From contig OX597824.1 in the NCBI GenBank assembly GCA_951406725.2, forward strand, positions 22,134,001 through 22,198,000: 64,000 nucleotides of DNA. The letters are read 5' to 3'. The stretch comes from Octopus vulgaris (lineage: Eukaryota). Every line of letters begins with the position of its first letter. Positions within the stretch are counted from its first letter, which is position 1. The position numbers and the translations under genes are program-made. Below are positions 1-13,386 of the stretch, in pieces. Under the pieces are notes generated by a model. It was not told the DNA's origin. It did no database searches and saw only the letters and a list, made by a program, of their open reading frames with translations.

Positions 1-88
1 AATATTAAAGACGACGTTGTTAACAGGATTGTAATGCTTCTGTTTCTCACTGCTCTAGTCACTAACGAACACTCACACACGTGTATAC

Positions 89-119
<31 letters not shown>

Positions 120-322
120 GATGCAATCGCGTGCGCGCACTCACACCACACCACACAACACAAACACACCCACACAAATACACACACACGCACGCACACG
201 CAGATTTACGTATGTATTTGACGAGCCGCTGCCGGTGATACGTCGAAGTCACAATCGATCTGCTTTCCTGTTTAAGGAATTGTGTGTGTAATCTATATAT
301 ATATATATATGAATCGCATGTC

Positions 323-374
<52 letters not shown>

Positions 375-733
375 TATATATATATGTGTAGTATATATAT
401 ATATGTATGTCTGCATGTATGTGTGTGTGTGTATATCTATGTATGTGTGTATATATGTATGTGTGTATGTATGTATGGTCATTAGTGTATTATCGGTGTA
501 TGTATATATGTCTGCATGTATGTGTGTGTGTATGCTATGTGTGTGTGTGTGTGTAAGTAGTGTGTGTATGTATGATGTGTGTGTGTGATGTATGTATACT
601 TGTATGTGTATATATGTCTGTCTGCACACACTATCACTTACACACATATTCTGTCTCCCATATAGTATATAGTCTCTTTCTCATACTATGTAAAAAAATA
701 TTTTTCAAATCAAATCTGTGTATACAACCGTGC

Positions 734-765
<32 letters not shown>

Positions 766-771
766 TTATGA

Positions 772-851
<80 letters not shown>

Positions 852-920
852 TATATGTATATATATGTGTATATATATATATAAATATATACACACACAT
901 ATACATATATATATATATAT

Positions 921-1022
921 CACCGTGACCGACCAGGCTATCAGATGTTGCTACACATCGCTGGTCACAATGCGCTTTGCATTGTTTTAGCCTTCAAGTG
1001 ACGCCATCCCGCTGGCTAAGCG
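921..1022 (-). mobile_element. Isolated 3' tail of SINE family B2, between (TA)n tracts
   Basis: Matches the tail of the B2 SINE at 47751-47860 (caccgtga...catcgctggtcacaatgcgc...ggctaagcg). Confidence 0.75.
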
Positions 1023-1051
1023 ATATACATATATATTTATATATATATATA

Positions 1052-1111
<60 letters not shown>

Positions 1112-1850
1112 GATATGTATATAGATAGAAGGAGACATGATAAGGGTGGGAGAGAGGGAGAAAATATATCTCAGGGGAGCTTTCAGCACGCAAGATACAC
1201 ATGCAGTAGAGCCTTATTTATATATATATATATTATATGGTGAGTTCAAAAACTTTGATTATCTAAGAGTTTTCATCACAGTTACTTGAAAAAAAATGTC
1301 CCCCAAGGGATGTTTAAAATCTAAAAGAAAAAGTGAAGATCTCTTACTTCTAAGTTTTTGAAAGATAAAGACAATGTGTTTCGTTTTTGTATTTGGTTTT
1401 GCAAGATTTTTGATGTGACCTATGTTGAAACAGATTTTTGTTGTATCTTGGGAGGGTAATTATGCCAATATTATACACACACACACTGGTTCTACTTCAC
1501 TTCCTTATCTTTTTATACAATAGATTAACTAATCAATTGCTTATTTAATTAATCATTTCGTCTGTCATTCCTTAGTTCTTTTCTCACCATTTGTGACTTC
1601 ATCAGTGATGTGTCTGTCCTCTATACTGTAGATCTGCTTCAGGTTTGTCAAACTGATTGACTGAATGATTAATCAAATACCTGATGAGTTAATTGGTTAA
1701 ACAATTAACCAGTTGACTAATAATAAGGCGACAAGCTGGCAGAAGCGTTAACACGCTGTGCAAAATGTTTACCTTCTCTTTATGTATGAGGAGAAGGTAA
1801 AGCTTTTATGCCAGTCATGTTCAATTCATAAATTGTAATCTCTCTCTATA

Positions 1851-2036
1851 GGCGTAGGAGTAGCTGTGTGGTAAGTAGCTTGCTTACCAACCACTTGGTT
1901 CTGGGTTCAGTCCCACTGTTTGCACCTTGGGCAAATGTCTTCTACTATAGCCTCGGGCTGACCAAAGCCTTGTGAGTGGATTTGGTAGACGGAAACTGAA
2001 AGAAACCCATCGTATGTATTTATGTATGTATGTGTG

Positions 2037-2071
<35 letters not shown>

Positions 2072-2285
2072 ATGTTTGTGTGTCTGCGTTTGTCCTCCCA
2101 ACATTGTTTCACAACCGATGCTGGTGTGTTTACGTCCCCCGTAACTTAGCAGGGTCGCCAAAAGAGACTGATAAAATAAGTACTAGGCTTATAAAGAATA
2201 AATCCTGGGGGTCGATTTGCTCGACTAAAGTCGGTGCTCCAGCATGGCCACAGTCAAATGACTGAAACAAGTAAAAGAGTAAAAG
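1851..2285 (+). mobile_element. tRNA-derived SINE family A, full length
   Basis: Head ggcgtaggagtagctgtgtggtaag with B-box-like gggttcagtccc, CORE-like ccttgggcaa, internal (TA/TG)n, tail ...gactgaaacaagtaaaagag. About 20 copies or fragments in the window. Confidence 0.9.
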
Positions 2286-2504
2286 TGAAGTGATATACAA
2301 ACAGTGTGTGTGTGTGTCTGTATGTGTGCTTGTGTGTGTGCATGTGTGTTTATTAACATAATGAGCATTGCAGGATACAAGAAAGGTGATATGATTAAGA
2401 GTGGATCTTCTCTTTAAAGGCAACTGGTAAAAGCACAGGAGGTATTTCAATTTTGTTAGATCTTATCAGCCGAGCATATTCAAGCCAGTTTCTAAGATAT
2501 AGAT

Positions 2505-3157
2505 CAGTGGTTCTTCAAACATATTTTGCCTATGGAGCCCTTTGATTCCTGTGTTACTCCACTGTCACCCCCCCCCCCCACATTAAAAGAAATCCTATTA
2601 TATTTTTATAATTAAATATTATTAGGAATTGTATAAAAGAATTGTTAAAATTATAAAGTAGGAGTGGTAAGTAGCTTGCTTATGAAGCACATGGTTCCGG
2701 GTTCAGTCCTACTGCATGGCACCTTGGGCAAGTGTTTTCTACTATAGCCTTGGGCCGACCAAAGCCTTGTGAGTGGATTTGGTAGATGGATACTGAAAGA
2801 ATCCCATCGTATATATGTATATATATGTATTTGTGTGTGTGTATGTGTTTGTGTGTCTGTGTTTGTCCCCACCAACATCACTTGACAACCGATGCTGGTG
2901 TGTTTACATCCCTGTAACCTAGCGGTTCGACAAAAAGAGACCGATAGAATAAGTACTAGGCTTACAAAGAATAAGTCCTGGGGTCGATTTGCTCGACTAA
3001 AAAGGTAGTGCTCCAGCATGGCCACAGTCAAATGACTGAAACAAGTAAAAGAGTAAAAAGAGAGTAAAGAGAGTATGAAAAATTTGTTGCTCATAAGCTT
3101 TAACAACAAATCTTTTATGATCCATGAAGATCATATGGAACCAGGTAGGAACCACTA
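2505..3157. mobile_element. hAT/Charlie-like MITE interrupted by a family A SINE
   Basis: Ends cagtggttct... and ...ggaaccacta, with degenerate 8-bp flanks atatagat/atttaaat. The SINE occupies 2658-3070. Confidence 0.6.
2658..3070 (+). mobile_element. SINE family A
   Basis: Colinear with 1851-2285. Confidence 0.9.
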
Positions 3158-3189
3158 ATTTAAATGAACATTTGGTACTTGTTAGATAA

Positions 3190-3425
3190 ACTTAGATATG
3201 TTTCGACCAAAGATTGGTCCAGGCCATGTCTAACTTAATAGCACCACCTGATAGGATTATTCGAATCCTGTTTAAGTCAAGTTTTGTTTAAGTCAAGTGT
3301 TGTTCAAGTAGTGAGTTCTTGTTGGGTGAGTTGTATCCAATTATGGGTGGCTTATCTGGTATTCTTTGAAGGAATCTATCCAGACTCCGTTTAAAGTTGA
3401 TGGGATCCTTTTCCTCTTTGTTAGT
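3190..3425 (-). mobile_element. CR1/L2-group LINE ORF2 C-terminal fragment
   Basis: Minus-strand translation KEEKDPINFKRSLDRFLQRIPDKPPIIGYNSPNKNSLLEQHLT* resembles CR1-group ORF2 ends. Confidence 0.65.
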
Positions 3426-3876
3426 TTTTTTTTTTTTTAGGTGTTAAAGGCCACAAAGGGAGATTTTAATCTTCTAATTGCCAAGATAATCTCAGCAGCT
3501 TGAAGTTTTTCAACTCACTATATTACATTGATAAAACTCACTGTATATATCTAGGGACCTTAGTTGGCCCCGCCTGAGATTCAAAACTGAATCCACTCAC
3601 TTGTCTGATCCTTTTTGTTTACATCTCCACACTGGCCAATCAATGGGAAACACTTGACCCCCTAGTCCTTTGTTTATGATGTGACATACTTTCCTGGCCA
3701 TAGACTATATAACAGAGAGTATGTCTTTCTCAGATCTCTTTGTCTTTCAGTCAGCCAATGAAGAGTCCCTTTCTGCTGGAACCAAAAAGGGACAATGCTA
3801 CCTATACCCTTACTTCATTTCTGTCAGCAGAGTGCAATCCTTACACACACAAGCACATTTTTCTGGCAAACTTATA

Positions 3877-4267
3877 GGTGTAGGAGTGGCTGTGTGGTAA
3901 GTAGCTTGCTTACGAACCACATGGTCCCGGGTTCAGTCCCACTGCGTGGTACCTTGGGCAAGTGTCTTCTACTATAGCCTCGGGCCGACCAAAGCCTTGT
4001 GAGTGGATTTGGTAGACAGAAACTGAAAGAAGCCCGTTGTGTGTGTGTATATGTTTGTGTGTGTTTGTCTCCCCACCCCCACCCTGCCAACATCGCTTGA
4101 CAACCGATGCTGGTGTGTTTACATCCCTGTAACATAGTGGTTTGGCAAAAGAGATTGATAGAATAAGTACTAGGCTTACAAAGAATAAGTTTTGGGGGTC
4201 AATTTGCTCGACTAAAAGCGGTGCTCCAGCATGGCCACAGTCACATGACTGAAACAAGTAAAAGAGT
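3877..4267 (+). mobile_element. SINE family A
   Basis: Colinear with 1851-2285. Confidence 0.9.
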
Positions 4268-4277
4268 ACACACACTG

Positions 4278-4319
<42 letters not shown>

Positions 4320-4849
4320 TTTACAGAAAATAAAGTAAATTTCAAATGTAGAATAGCTGTGAAAACAACCTAGAAGATCAGGTAAATGCCCTTTAAAAGA
4401 TAGAGAAAAGTGGCCAGATTTCCCTCTCAAATTCCAGCTGAGCCCTCTTACCATTAAGCTAAGTGACCCCTGACTATTCCCAGCAAGCCACTACAGAGAA
4501 TCAAATCCTCTATCTCTCAAATTCTTGCGGAGTGCTTTGTACTGTTAAGCTAAGTGACCCCTGACAACTAATACTATAATAGCTTTTGAAATGTGAGAGC
4601 GTTTTTTATAATAAGCTTAAAAGTGCAGAGTGAGTTGGTATTTTACGGAAAATAAGTCTTGAATGCAGAATAGTTGTGAAAACAACCAAGAAGGTCAGAT
4701 AAATACCCTTTAGAAAATGTACAAAAAAAAAATGTGGACAGCCAGCCCCTACAGAGAATTGAAACCCGTATCTCTCAGATTCCAACTGAGTGCTCTGTAC
4801 AATTAAACTAAGTGGCCACAGATACTCAGCTGAAAGTATGTGTAATCTC

Positions 4850-5366
4850 TTACTATTTTTATTTGTTTTAGTTATTTTACTGAGGCCATGCGGGAGCACC
4901 ACCTTTTAGTCAAAAGAATCAACCCCAAGATTTATTCTTTGTAAGTCTGGTACTTGTTCTGTCGGTCTCTTTGGATGAACTGCTAAGTTACAAGGACATA
5001 AATACATCAACATCAGTTATTAATTGATAGTGTGTGCGGAGGGGGAGGACAAACACAGATACAAAGACACAAACACTAAAATATATACATATATGTATAT
5101 ACACACACACACACACACATATATATCCACAACAGACTTCTTTCATGGCACCTTGAGGAAGTGCCTTCTGCTATAGCCTCGAACCCCCAACATCGCTTGA
5201 CAACCGATGCTGGTGTGTTTACATCCCTGTAACTTAGCAGTCCGGCAAAAGAGACTGATAGAATAAGTACTAGGCTTACAAAGAATAAGTCCTGGGGTTG
5301 ATTTGCTCGACTAAAGGCGGTGCTCCAGCATGGCCACAGTCAAATGACTGAAACAAGTAAAAGAGA
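4850..5366. mobile_element. Two partial family A SINEs (minus then plus)
   Basis: Tail segments of family A in opposite orientations. Confidence 0.75.
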
Positions 5367-5371
5367 AATGT

Positions 5372-5990
5372 ATCATCATCATCGTTTAACATCTGCTTTC
5401 TATGCTGGTATGGGTTGGATGGTTTGACTGAGGACTAGCAAGCCAGATGGCTGCACCAGGCTCCAATCTGATCTGGCAAGGTCTCTACAGTTGGATGCCC
5501 TTCCTAACGCCAACAACTCCGAGAGTGTAGTGGGTGCTTTTTACATGCCACCAGCATGGGGGGCCAGTCAGGTGACACTGGTATTGACCACGGCGGCGAG
5601 CTGGCAGAAACGTTAGCACTTCGGGCGAAATGCGTAGCCGTATTTCGTCTGCCGTTACGTTCTGAGTTCAAATTCCACCAAGGTCGACTTTGCCTTTCAT
5701 CCTTTCGGGGTCGATTAAATAAGTACCAGTTACGCACTGGGGTCGATGTAATCGACTTAATCCGTGTGTCTGTCCTTGTTCGTCCCCTCTGTGTTTAGCC
5801 CCTTGTGGGTAGTAAAGAAATAGGTATTGACCACGCTCGGATGTTGTTGTTTACATGCCACCGGCACAGGAGCCAGTCAGGTGGCACTGGCATTGACCAT
5901 GCTTTTATGGTGGTTTTCACATGCCACTGGCACAGGAGCCAGTGAGGCAGCACTGGCATTGACTACACTTGTATGGTGCTTTTTGTGTGC
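5372..5990 (-). mobile_element. RTE LINE 3' UTR fragment (family D) with nested family C SINE
   Basis: Matches 45900-46320 and has a (CAT)n tail; interrupted at 5592-5822. Confidence 0.85.
5592..5822 (+). mobile_element. SINE family C (Meta-like central domain) with TSD
   Basis: ggcggcgagctggcagaaacgttagc...gagttcaaattcc...gcctttcatcctttcggggtcgat; ggtattgaccac is duplicated on both sides. Confidence 0.9.
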
Positions 5991-6188
5991 CGTATGTATG
6001 TATGTATGTATGTATGTATGTATGTCTGTATGTATATACGTATGTATGTATGTATGTATGTGTGTATGTATGTATGTGTGTGTATATGTGTGTGTATGAA
6101 TGTCTTTATGTATGCATGTTATATGTATGTACATAGGCATACATACAAATATATGTGTGTGTGTATACATATGTGCTGTATATATATG

Positions 6189-6225
<37 letters not shown>

Positions 6226-6559
6226 ATTTTTACACACACACACACACACATACATATACACATACATACCTGTACATAACCATACATACATGCATACATA
6301 AACACATACATATAAACATACATAGACAAATCCTCACCACCAACTGTGCCACATTAAAAAATGTGGCGTTTCATAAACACTTTACACAAAACCATTTTTT
6401 TTTTTTTGCCTATTAACTTTAATGTTACAAATCGAGATATTTTTTTTTACAGAATTTTCATATGGAAAAAACGGTAAGTAATGCAGCCAACATTGCACCC
6501 GAAAAAACTAACTTCTCTTTTTCACACACATACAGTACATATAAATACAATTAAAGAGA

Positions 6560-6890
6560 AAAGCACTATCCGACTACATAAAAAGCACTATCCGACTCGT
6601 GGCCGATGCCAGCACCGCCTCGACTGGCTTCCGTGCCGGTGGCACATAAAATACACCAATCCGACCGTGGCCGTTGCCAGCCTCGCCTGGCACCTGTGCA
6701 GGTGGCATGTAAAAAGCACCCACTACACTCACGGAGTGGTTGGCGTTAGGAAGGGCATCCAGCTGTAGAAACATTGCCAGATCAGATTGGAGCCTGGTGC
6801 AGCCTTCTGGCTTCCCAGATCCCCGGTCGAACCGTCCAACCCATGCTAGCATGGAGAACGGACGTTAAACGATGATGATGATGATGATGA
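6560..6890 (+). mobile_element. RTE 3' UTR fragment (family D)
   Basis: cactacactcacggagtggttggcgttaggaagggcatccagc...cgttaaac(gat)n. Confidence 0.85.
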
Positions 6891-6942
6891 TATTGGGTAC
6901 AAGATCTGCAAGTTGGAAGGTGGGGACAAGTTGATTCCATCA

Positions 6943-7332
6943 TGGATGGAAGCACTCCGTCGGTTACGACGATGAGGGTTCCGGTTGATCCGAATCAACG
7001 GAACAGCCTGCTCGTGAAATTAACGTGTAAGTGGCTGAGCACTCCACAGACACGTGCACCCTTAACGTAGTTCTCGAGGATATTCAGCGTGACACAGAGA
7101 GTGACAAGGCCAGCCCTTTGAAATACAGGTACAACAGAAACAGGAAGTAAGAGTGAGAGAAAGTTGTGGTGAAAGAGTACAGCAGGGATCACCACCATCC
7201 CCTGCCGGAGCCTTGTGGAGCTTTTAGGTGTTTTCGCTCAATAAACACTCACAAAGCCCGGTCTGGGAATCGAAACCGCGATCCTATGACCGCGAGTCCG
7301 CTGCCCTAACCACTGGGCCATTGCGCCTCCAC
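6943..7332 (-). mobile_element. tRNA(Arg)-like SINE family B1
   Basis: Near-exact reverse complement of 7659-8037; A box tggcccagtgg and B box ggtttcgattccc. Confidence 0.9.
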
Positions 7333-7658
7333 ATCAACACCAGCATTCAACTAATGAAAAGAATGAAAAGCAAAGTCGACCTCAGTAGAATTTGAACTCA
7401 GAATGTAATGATGGATGAAATGCCACTAAGCTTTTACCTGGCGTGCTAATGATTCTAGAAGCTCACTGCCTTAGTAAGAATAAATATTGCTCCATTTTCT
7501 CCCAGAAGAACCAGCAGGCTGCCTTTGAGTTTTAAAGTCTAGTGTTGAATTTACTTTATGAGAATTGAGAGTCCTAATAAAAAATGGGTTTTTGGAAAAG
7601 CCTAGATTCATCAATGGCGAATAACACTTGTAATCATGTATGGCCTCATCCAGTAATA

Positions 7659-8037
7659 GTGGAGGCGCAATGGCCCAGTGGTTAGGGCAGCGGACTCGCG
7701 GTCATAGGATCGCGGTTTCGATTCCCAGACTGAGCGTTGTGAGTGTTTATTGAGCGAAAACACCTAAAGCTCCACGAGGCTCCGGCATGTGCTGGTGGCG
7801 AACCCTGCTGTACTCTTTCACCACAACTTTCTCTCACTCTTACTTCCTGTTTCTGTTGTACCTGTATTTCAAAGGGCCGGCCTTGTCACTCTCTGTGTCA
7901 CGCTGAATATCCCCGAGAACTATGTTAAGGGTACACGTGTCTGTGGAGTGCTCAGCCACTTACACGTTAATTTCACGAGCAGGCTGTTCCGTTGATTCGG
8001 ATCAACCGGAACCCTCGACGGAGTGCTTCCACCATCC
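7659..8037 (+). mobile_element. tRNA(Arg)-like SINE family B1
   Basis: gtggaggcgcaatggcccagtggttagggcagcggactcgcggtc...gtttcgattcccag. Confidence 0.9.
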
Positions 8038-8199
8038 AGTAATAATTTTGTTCGGTTCCTGAGAATACTTACAAAGCTCTGTATCATCGCTAACAGCACT
8101 TCACTTGAATTTAATGCTGTATAAATCAAGGTTCTCTCTTAAATCCCCGAAAAACACCTTTTCAAGCCAGAAAATGCTTTGATTCAAAGTTGCATCTTC

Positions 8200-8550
8200 T
8201 TCCTTTTATAAATTCTCATACAAGCCATTAGTTTTCAATTGAATGGTCATCATGTTTATCTGTTTATCCATCATATTTCACGCAATCTGATCAATTCCCA
8301 CACTCAAGAACCGCTCCGTGCTATTACCTTACCTCATATCTAGGAAAAATCAGAAGAGCAACTGCTTGAGCATTTGACCAAATTCCATCTTTATTATCAT
8401 GTATTATTCTCATTGCAGATGTAGCAAGCTTTAATGCTTCCGCAGTAAGACATAAAACCTTTGTAAAGCAATAAGTTGTTACCTTCAACATAATCTCTTT
8501 CCATGCTGCTGCCTTCACTATCACTTAATGGCCTCCTTTCTGGTCATCTT
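8200..8550 (-). mobile_element. Possible decayed pogo/Tigger transposase C-terminus
   Basis: KEAIK*/IVKAAAWKEIMLKVTTYCFTK and SNAQAVALLIF...MMDKQINMMTIQ resemble the AW..TI.NCF.K motif and the tail of Tigger-type transposases; stops and frameshifts present. Judged from memory. Confidence 0.4.
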
Positions 8551-9503
8551 GAATAAAAGCAATGCAGTATTCTGTACATACAATGCACCCTACACATCCC
8601 CATCATCGTCATAACTTTTAGATATACTTTTCCATGCTTGCATGGATCAAATGGGAACATGTAAAAGCAGAGTTTTATTTCTATGGCCAGATGTCCTTCT
8701 TGGTGCCAGCCGCCTGCTTGTTTCCAAATAAGGTAATAATCTTTCAGTTTATTGAACAACAAACTGCCTGGGTATGTTTATTTGAAGAACTAGAAGCAAA
8801 CGACACTGTATGAATGAGCCTTTTGTCTACAAAGGTCACGCAACGTGTTGACATGTTAAGAAGCCTGGTAGTATTTCTGTAGTGGACTGCAAACAAATGA
8901 CACCATTAACAAAGTCGTTGTTTAAAATGTGAACAAATGTGTGAGGAAAGAAATAAGAACTTGCTCAACAATATGAAATCACTCATACACATGCACACAT
9001 CATCATCATCAGCAGCAGCAGCAGCATCATCATTGTTTTAACATCCACTTTTCCATGCTTGCATCAAGCGACAGATTATATTGAGGCAGATTTTAAATTT
9101 TGCAACAGTTTGATTCTTTTTTTAAATTTTGGCACAAGGTCAGCAATTTCAGAGGCGGCGGGTAGTCGATTACAGTGACCCCAGTGATCAACTGGTACCT
9201 GTTTTATCAACTCTGAAAGGATGAAAGGCAAAGTCAACCTTGGCAGAATTTGAACTCGGAACATAATGACAGGTGAAATGTCACAGAGTATTTTTCCCAA
9301 CATGCTAATGATTTTTTTTTCCACTCTAGGTAAAAGGCCTGAAATAAAGAAAATAAAAAATTTAAAAAAGGAGAAAGCTGGTCATCAACAAAGAATCTAT
9401 GACCACAGGTCTGCTGGATCAGAGCTGGCTTGGTGCTGATTTGGAGCTGAAGAACTGCAGAAACAACTTAATATTAATAATCTGTATTGGTTTCAGTGTT
9501 ATT

Positions 9504-9697
9504 TTATATTTCTGTGTTAATAGCAAATTTCATTATTTTGAAAGCATTTGAAATATGTCTCCTGTCTGGAAATGACAGGATATCTTGAAGTGTGGCTTTC
9601 TCTTTGCTGCACCCATGTGCTGTGCTAATTTCTTCCCTTTCCTGCACCAGTCCCTGGGCTGACTGGCTGGTTGGCTGTGTATGCTGTTCTTTTTCCT
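9504..9697 (-). CDS. Candidate terminal coding exon of an unidentified gene
   Basis: Acceptor ttcatgttttactcacag followed by an open frame of 64 codons, (E)EKEQHTQPTSQSAQGLVQEREEISTAHGCSKEKATLQDILSFPDRRHISNAFKIMKFAINTEI*. No homology recognised and no partner exons found. Confidence 0.2.
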
Positions 9698-9772
9698 CTG
9701 TGAGTAAAACATGAAGAAAATATTTTTAAAAGAAACACCTGCCCACACAGCTTAACTCTAAATATTATTATA

Positions 9773-10004
9773 TATTTCTTTACTGCCCACAAGGGGCTAA
9801 ACACAGAGGGGACAAACAAGGACAGACAAATGGGTTAAGTCGATTACATCGACCCCAGTGCGTAACTTGTACTTAATTTATCGACCCCCGAAAGGATGAA
9901 AGGCAAAGTCGACCTTGGCGGAATTTGAACTCAGAACATAACGGCAGACGAAATATGGCTACGCATTTCGCCCGGCATGCTAACGTTTCTGCCAGCTTGC
10001 CGCC
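9773..10004 (-). mobile_element. SINE family C, full length, with ~21-bp TSD
   Basis: ttaactctaaatattattata flanks both sides. Confidence 0.9.
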
Positions 10005-11186
10005 TTAACTCTAAATATTATTATAATGGGGATAATGAGGATGATGATGATGATGATGATGATGTCACATGACTGGCTGTTTTAAGTGAGGGGACAAGTC
10101 AATTACATCAACCCCGGTGATCAACTGATACTTACTTTATTGACCCTGAAAGGGATGAAAATCAAATTTGACCTCAGTGGAAGAGAAGGATGAAATGCTG
10201 CTAAGCTTTTTGTCCATTGTGCTTTCTAAATTTAGCACAACGCCAGCAATTTTGAGGGGCACTTAACATACAGCCATAATGGTAAAATAAGCAAGATGTT
10301 TGGAAGAATCAAACTGTTGCAATAATTGCTTGGTTTCACTGTCATAGGGTTAGAATTAGCAAAACATGTCTGTTCTGCCATTTTTGTATTTCATTGTAAC
10401 CCCTGCATGAGCAAGGGTATCTTAAAATCATTAAAGCTCTCCAGACAAAACAATGCACCAGGACCCTTACATAGAGGACCACAACTCAAATAGGTTTGCA
10501 TCGGGGCCTGTAAACAACTGCCCAGTGTGCCCATGTCTTATGACAGCATAACACTGGGTGCAAAAGGCTTGACCCTTTTGAGACACAAAGCGTTTTGGTA
10601 TGTGTAGCCAAAAAGACCCCAAATTTTTTTCTATCATGATACATCTACTGGGAGATGATCTCTGATTGGCTATTACACTTCAAAACCAACCATTCACAAC
10701 ATTTGTTCCATTGGGCTGATGGATCGACATCAAAGTCCTTTCAGCTTATATCACTTGGACCAATCAATTGGCCTGGGTGTCCCAAGAGGGTTAGGACTTA
10801 CTCAAGGTACTACCCCAAATCTTCAGGTGTGAGAGATAACTTAATACCCTAACACAGGCCAATACCAAAGAGTCCCCTCCACTGGATTTTCCATGAGTAA
10901 CCTCAAAAATCTCAATAGTACTTGCTTGCAAGTTTCAGTTTGTAAAGAGAATCTTGGTTAAATAAAACGATTTTTACTCTGGCTTTTCAAGCCAGGACAT
11001 TGTTCTAATGGACAATGTCTGTAATAGAATTGGTCAAGTGTGTTTATCATGACGACAGTAGAATGTTTAATTAAAAGAAATCATTATTAATATTGAAAAT
11101 AGCAGAGCTCTTCGTAAATACTGCATAATTATAGAATTTAATGGTAGATAATTAAATCCAAACACACAGTAATACACTTACAGATA

Positions 11187-11221
<35 letters not shown>

Positions 11222-11341
11222 GGATAGATAGATAGATACACACAGACACAGACACATATATGCATTCATTCAGCCATCCATCCCTCCATACCTCCATCCA
11301 TGCATGCATACATTCATACATATACATACATACATGCATAC

Positions 11342-11393
<52 letters not shown>

Positions 11394-11439
11394 ATATATG
11401 TTCATATATATATATGTATATATGTATACATACTCACGC

Positions 11440-11493
<54 letters not shown>

Positions 11494-11559
11494 CACTGTA
11501 TTGATCAGACTGCCAGACTATCGGATATTGTTATACATCACTGATCACAGTGCACTTAC

Positions 11560-12000
11560 AATTCTTTCTTGATTCCACCATTTTTTTCCATCTTGGTCCA
11601 AATTATTTAACTAAATCATCTTCCCATCATTGTGGAGGCCTTCTATGTGGCCTTTCCTGATCTCTTGGCTACCACTCACCAACAGTGCCGGTCTGTGAAC
11701 CTTGCAACACATCCAGCCCAGCAGAACTTCTGCTTCCAGTATTCTGTGATTATGTTGTTCATTCTACTCGGTTCTTGAATCTTTTCCTATTTTGGATATC
11801 TACTTGCAATATTCCTCGCATGGATCATTCCACAGTGGATATGCATTGAGACAGGAATGTTGAAATTCCAAAGAGAATAAGGGCAGGGTTAATAAAGGTC
11901 ATGTTAAAAGCAAAGCTGATCAAGACCCTGCATGCTAGATTCTTCAAAGACACTGTCCGACAAATGCTTTCATATACAAAGTATGGACTGCTATGAAGAG
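11560..12000 (-). mobile_element. Decayed, internally deleted RTE-clade LINE ORF2 fragment
   Basis: Translations KQKFCWAG and EW*PRDQERPHRRPPQ*WEDDLVK are typical of the RTE C-terminus. Confidence 0.65.
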
Positions 12001-12021
12001 GGAAGAACAATAATATATATA

Positions 12022-12290
12022 CTCTTTTACTTGTTTCAGTCATTTGACTGCGGCCATGCTGGAGCACCACCTTTAGTCGAGCAAATCGACCCCAGGATTT
12101 ATTTTTTGTAAGACTAGTACTTATTCTATCGGTCTCTTTTGCCGAACAGCTAAGTTATAGGGACATAAACACACCAACATTGGTTACGAGGACGTTACGC
12201 TAAGTTACGGGGACGTAAACAAACTAGTATCAATTGTCAAGCAATGTTGGTGGGACAAACACCTAGACACAAACATATACACACACTTAC

Positions 12291-12323
<33 letters not shown>

Positions 12324-12488
12324 TACGATGAGCTTCTTTCAGTTTCCGTCTACCAAATCCACTCACAAGGCTTTGGTCGGCCTGAGGCTATAGTAGAATT
12401 ACTTGCCCAAGGTGCCATGGAGTGGGACTGAACCCGGAACCATGTGGTTGGTAAGCAAGCTACTTACCTCACAGCCACTCCTACGCCT
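12022..12488 (-). mobile_element. SINE family A
   Basis: Full-length reverse copy with a small internal duplication. Confidence 0.9.
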
Positions 12489-12992
12489 ATATATATTATA
12501 TATATATATAATCAAAATAAGCAACAAGTATATCCGAGGTCATGTGGTACAATCGTTTCATGCTACTTCATTGTATTAAACACTGTAAGTATTACATCAG
12601 TTTTAAAATGTCGATATACATATATATATATATATATATAGTGGCTGCTTCTTGTATACAAGCAAAGCCATTACTGGAAGCAATCATTGAAATGAGTCAT
12701 TGATGATGCTATGTAAGGCCCTTGTATGACTCTTGAACCTGGCCAAAGATTTACACATTCTATTGTATAATGCACAGCTGTGCTGGCTGGCAGAGGGAAT
12801 GGCTGTCACAATATGAATTCTTTTCACATGCCTTTACAATTCTCCAACTGAAAGGCACACCATTCCACAGGTTGCACATGTTCTGTTGTGAACAATAGCC
12901 ATACCACAATTTACAAGAGATCAATTCCTGTGAGTTCTCTGACGGCTGACCAGGCCTGCATGACTCAAGTACTTCATATTTATATATAAATA

Positions 12993-13386
12993 CTAGCAGT
13001 ATCGCCCGGCGTTGCTCGGGTTTGTAAGGGAAATAACTATATAAGCATTTTTGGAGATGTAAAGTATAATAGCCATCTCAATATGGCTGACCACAAAGGG
13101 GGGTGTTACAGTAGCTTTTTACGTTCTGAGATTTAATAATACATTTTTAGAGAGTTACTTCCCTTATATAATAGCAAAAAAATGCATTAAAAGTGGGAAA
13201 AAATTATGGTAAATTTTTTTTTAAATCGTAGAATCATCGTAGACGCACGCTAATACCCAGAAGGGCTCGATATGAATTACGTCTATAAGATATCCGCTTT
13301 TGGCTACACTGCACAGCAAAATGTGGAGTAGTTAGGAATCTAAATTGTAGGAGACAGACACACAACTTCACTTTTATATATAAAGA
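12993..13386 (-). mobile_element. Non-autonomous Helitron
   Basis: On the minus strand: 5' TC (tctttatatataaaa), subterminal hairpin cccgagcaacgccggg, 3' CTAG, inserted between A and T with no TSD. Near-identical copy at 15330-15725. Confidence 0.85.

Noticed and set aside
7659-7735. Functional tRNA-Arg gene
   Set aside because: It is the head of a multi-copy SINE with no proper acceptor stem or Pol III terminator; the same applies to the other tRNA-like heads.
8101-8458. Two apparent minus-strand exons (8333-8458 and 8101-8202) with GT-AG boundaries
   Set aside because: The acceptors are weak, the frame runs on upstream, and the peptide looks more like a decayed Tigger/pogo C-terminus. Not fully excluded.
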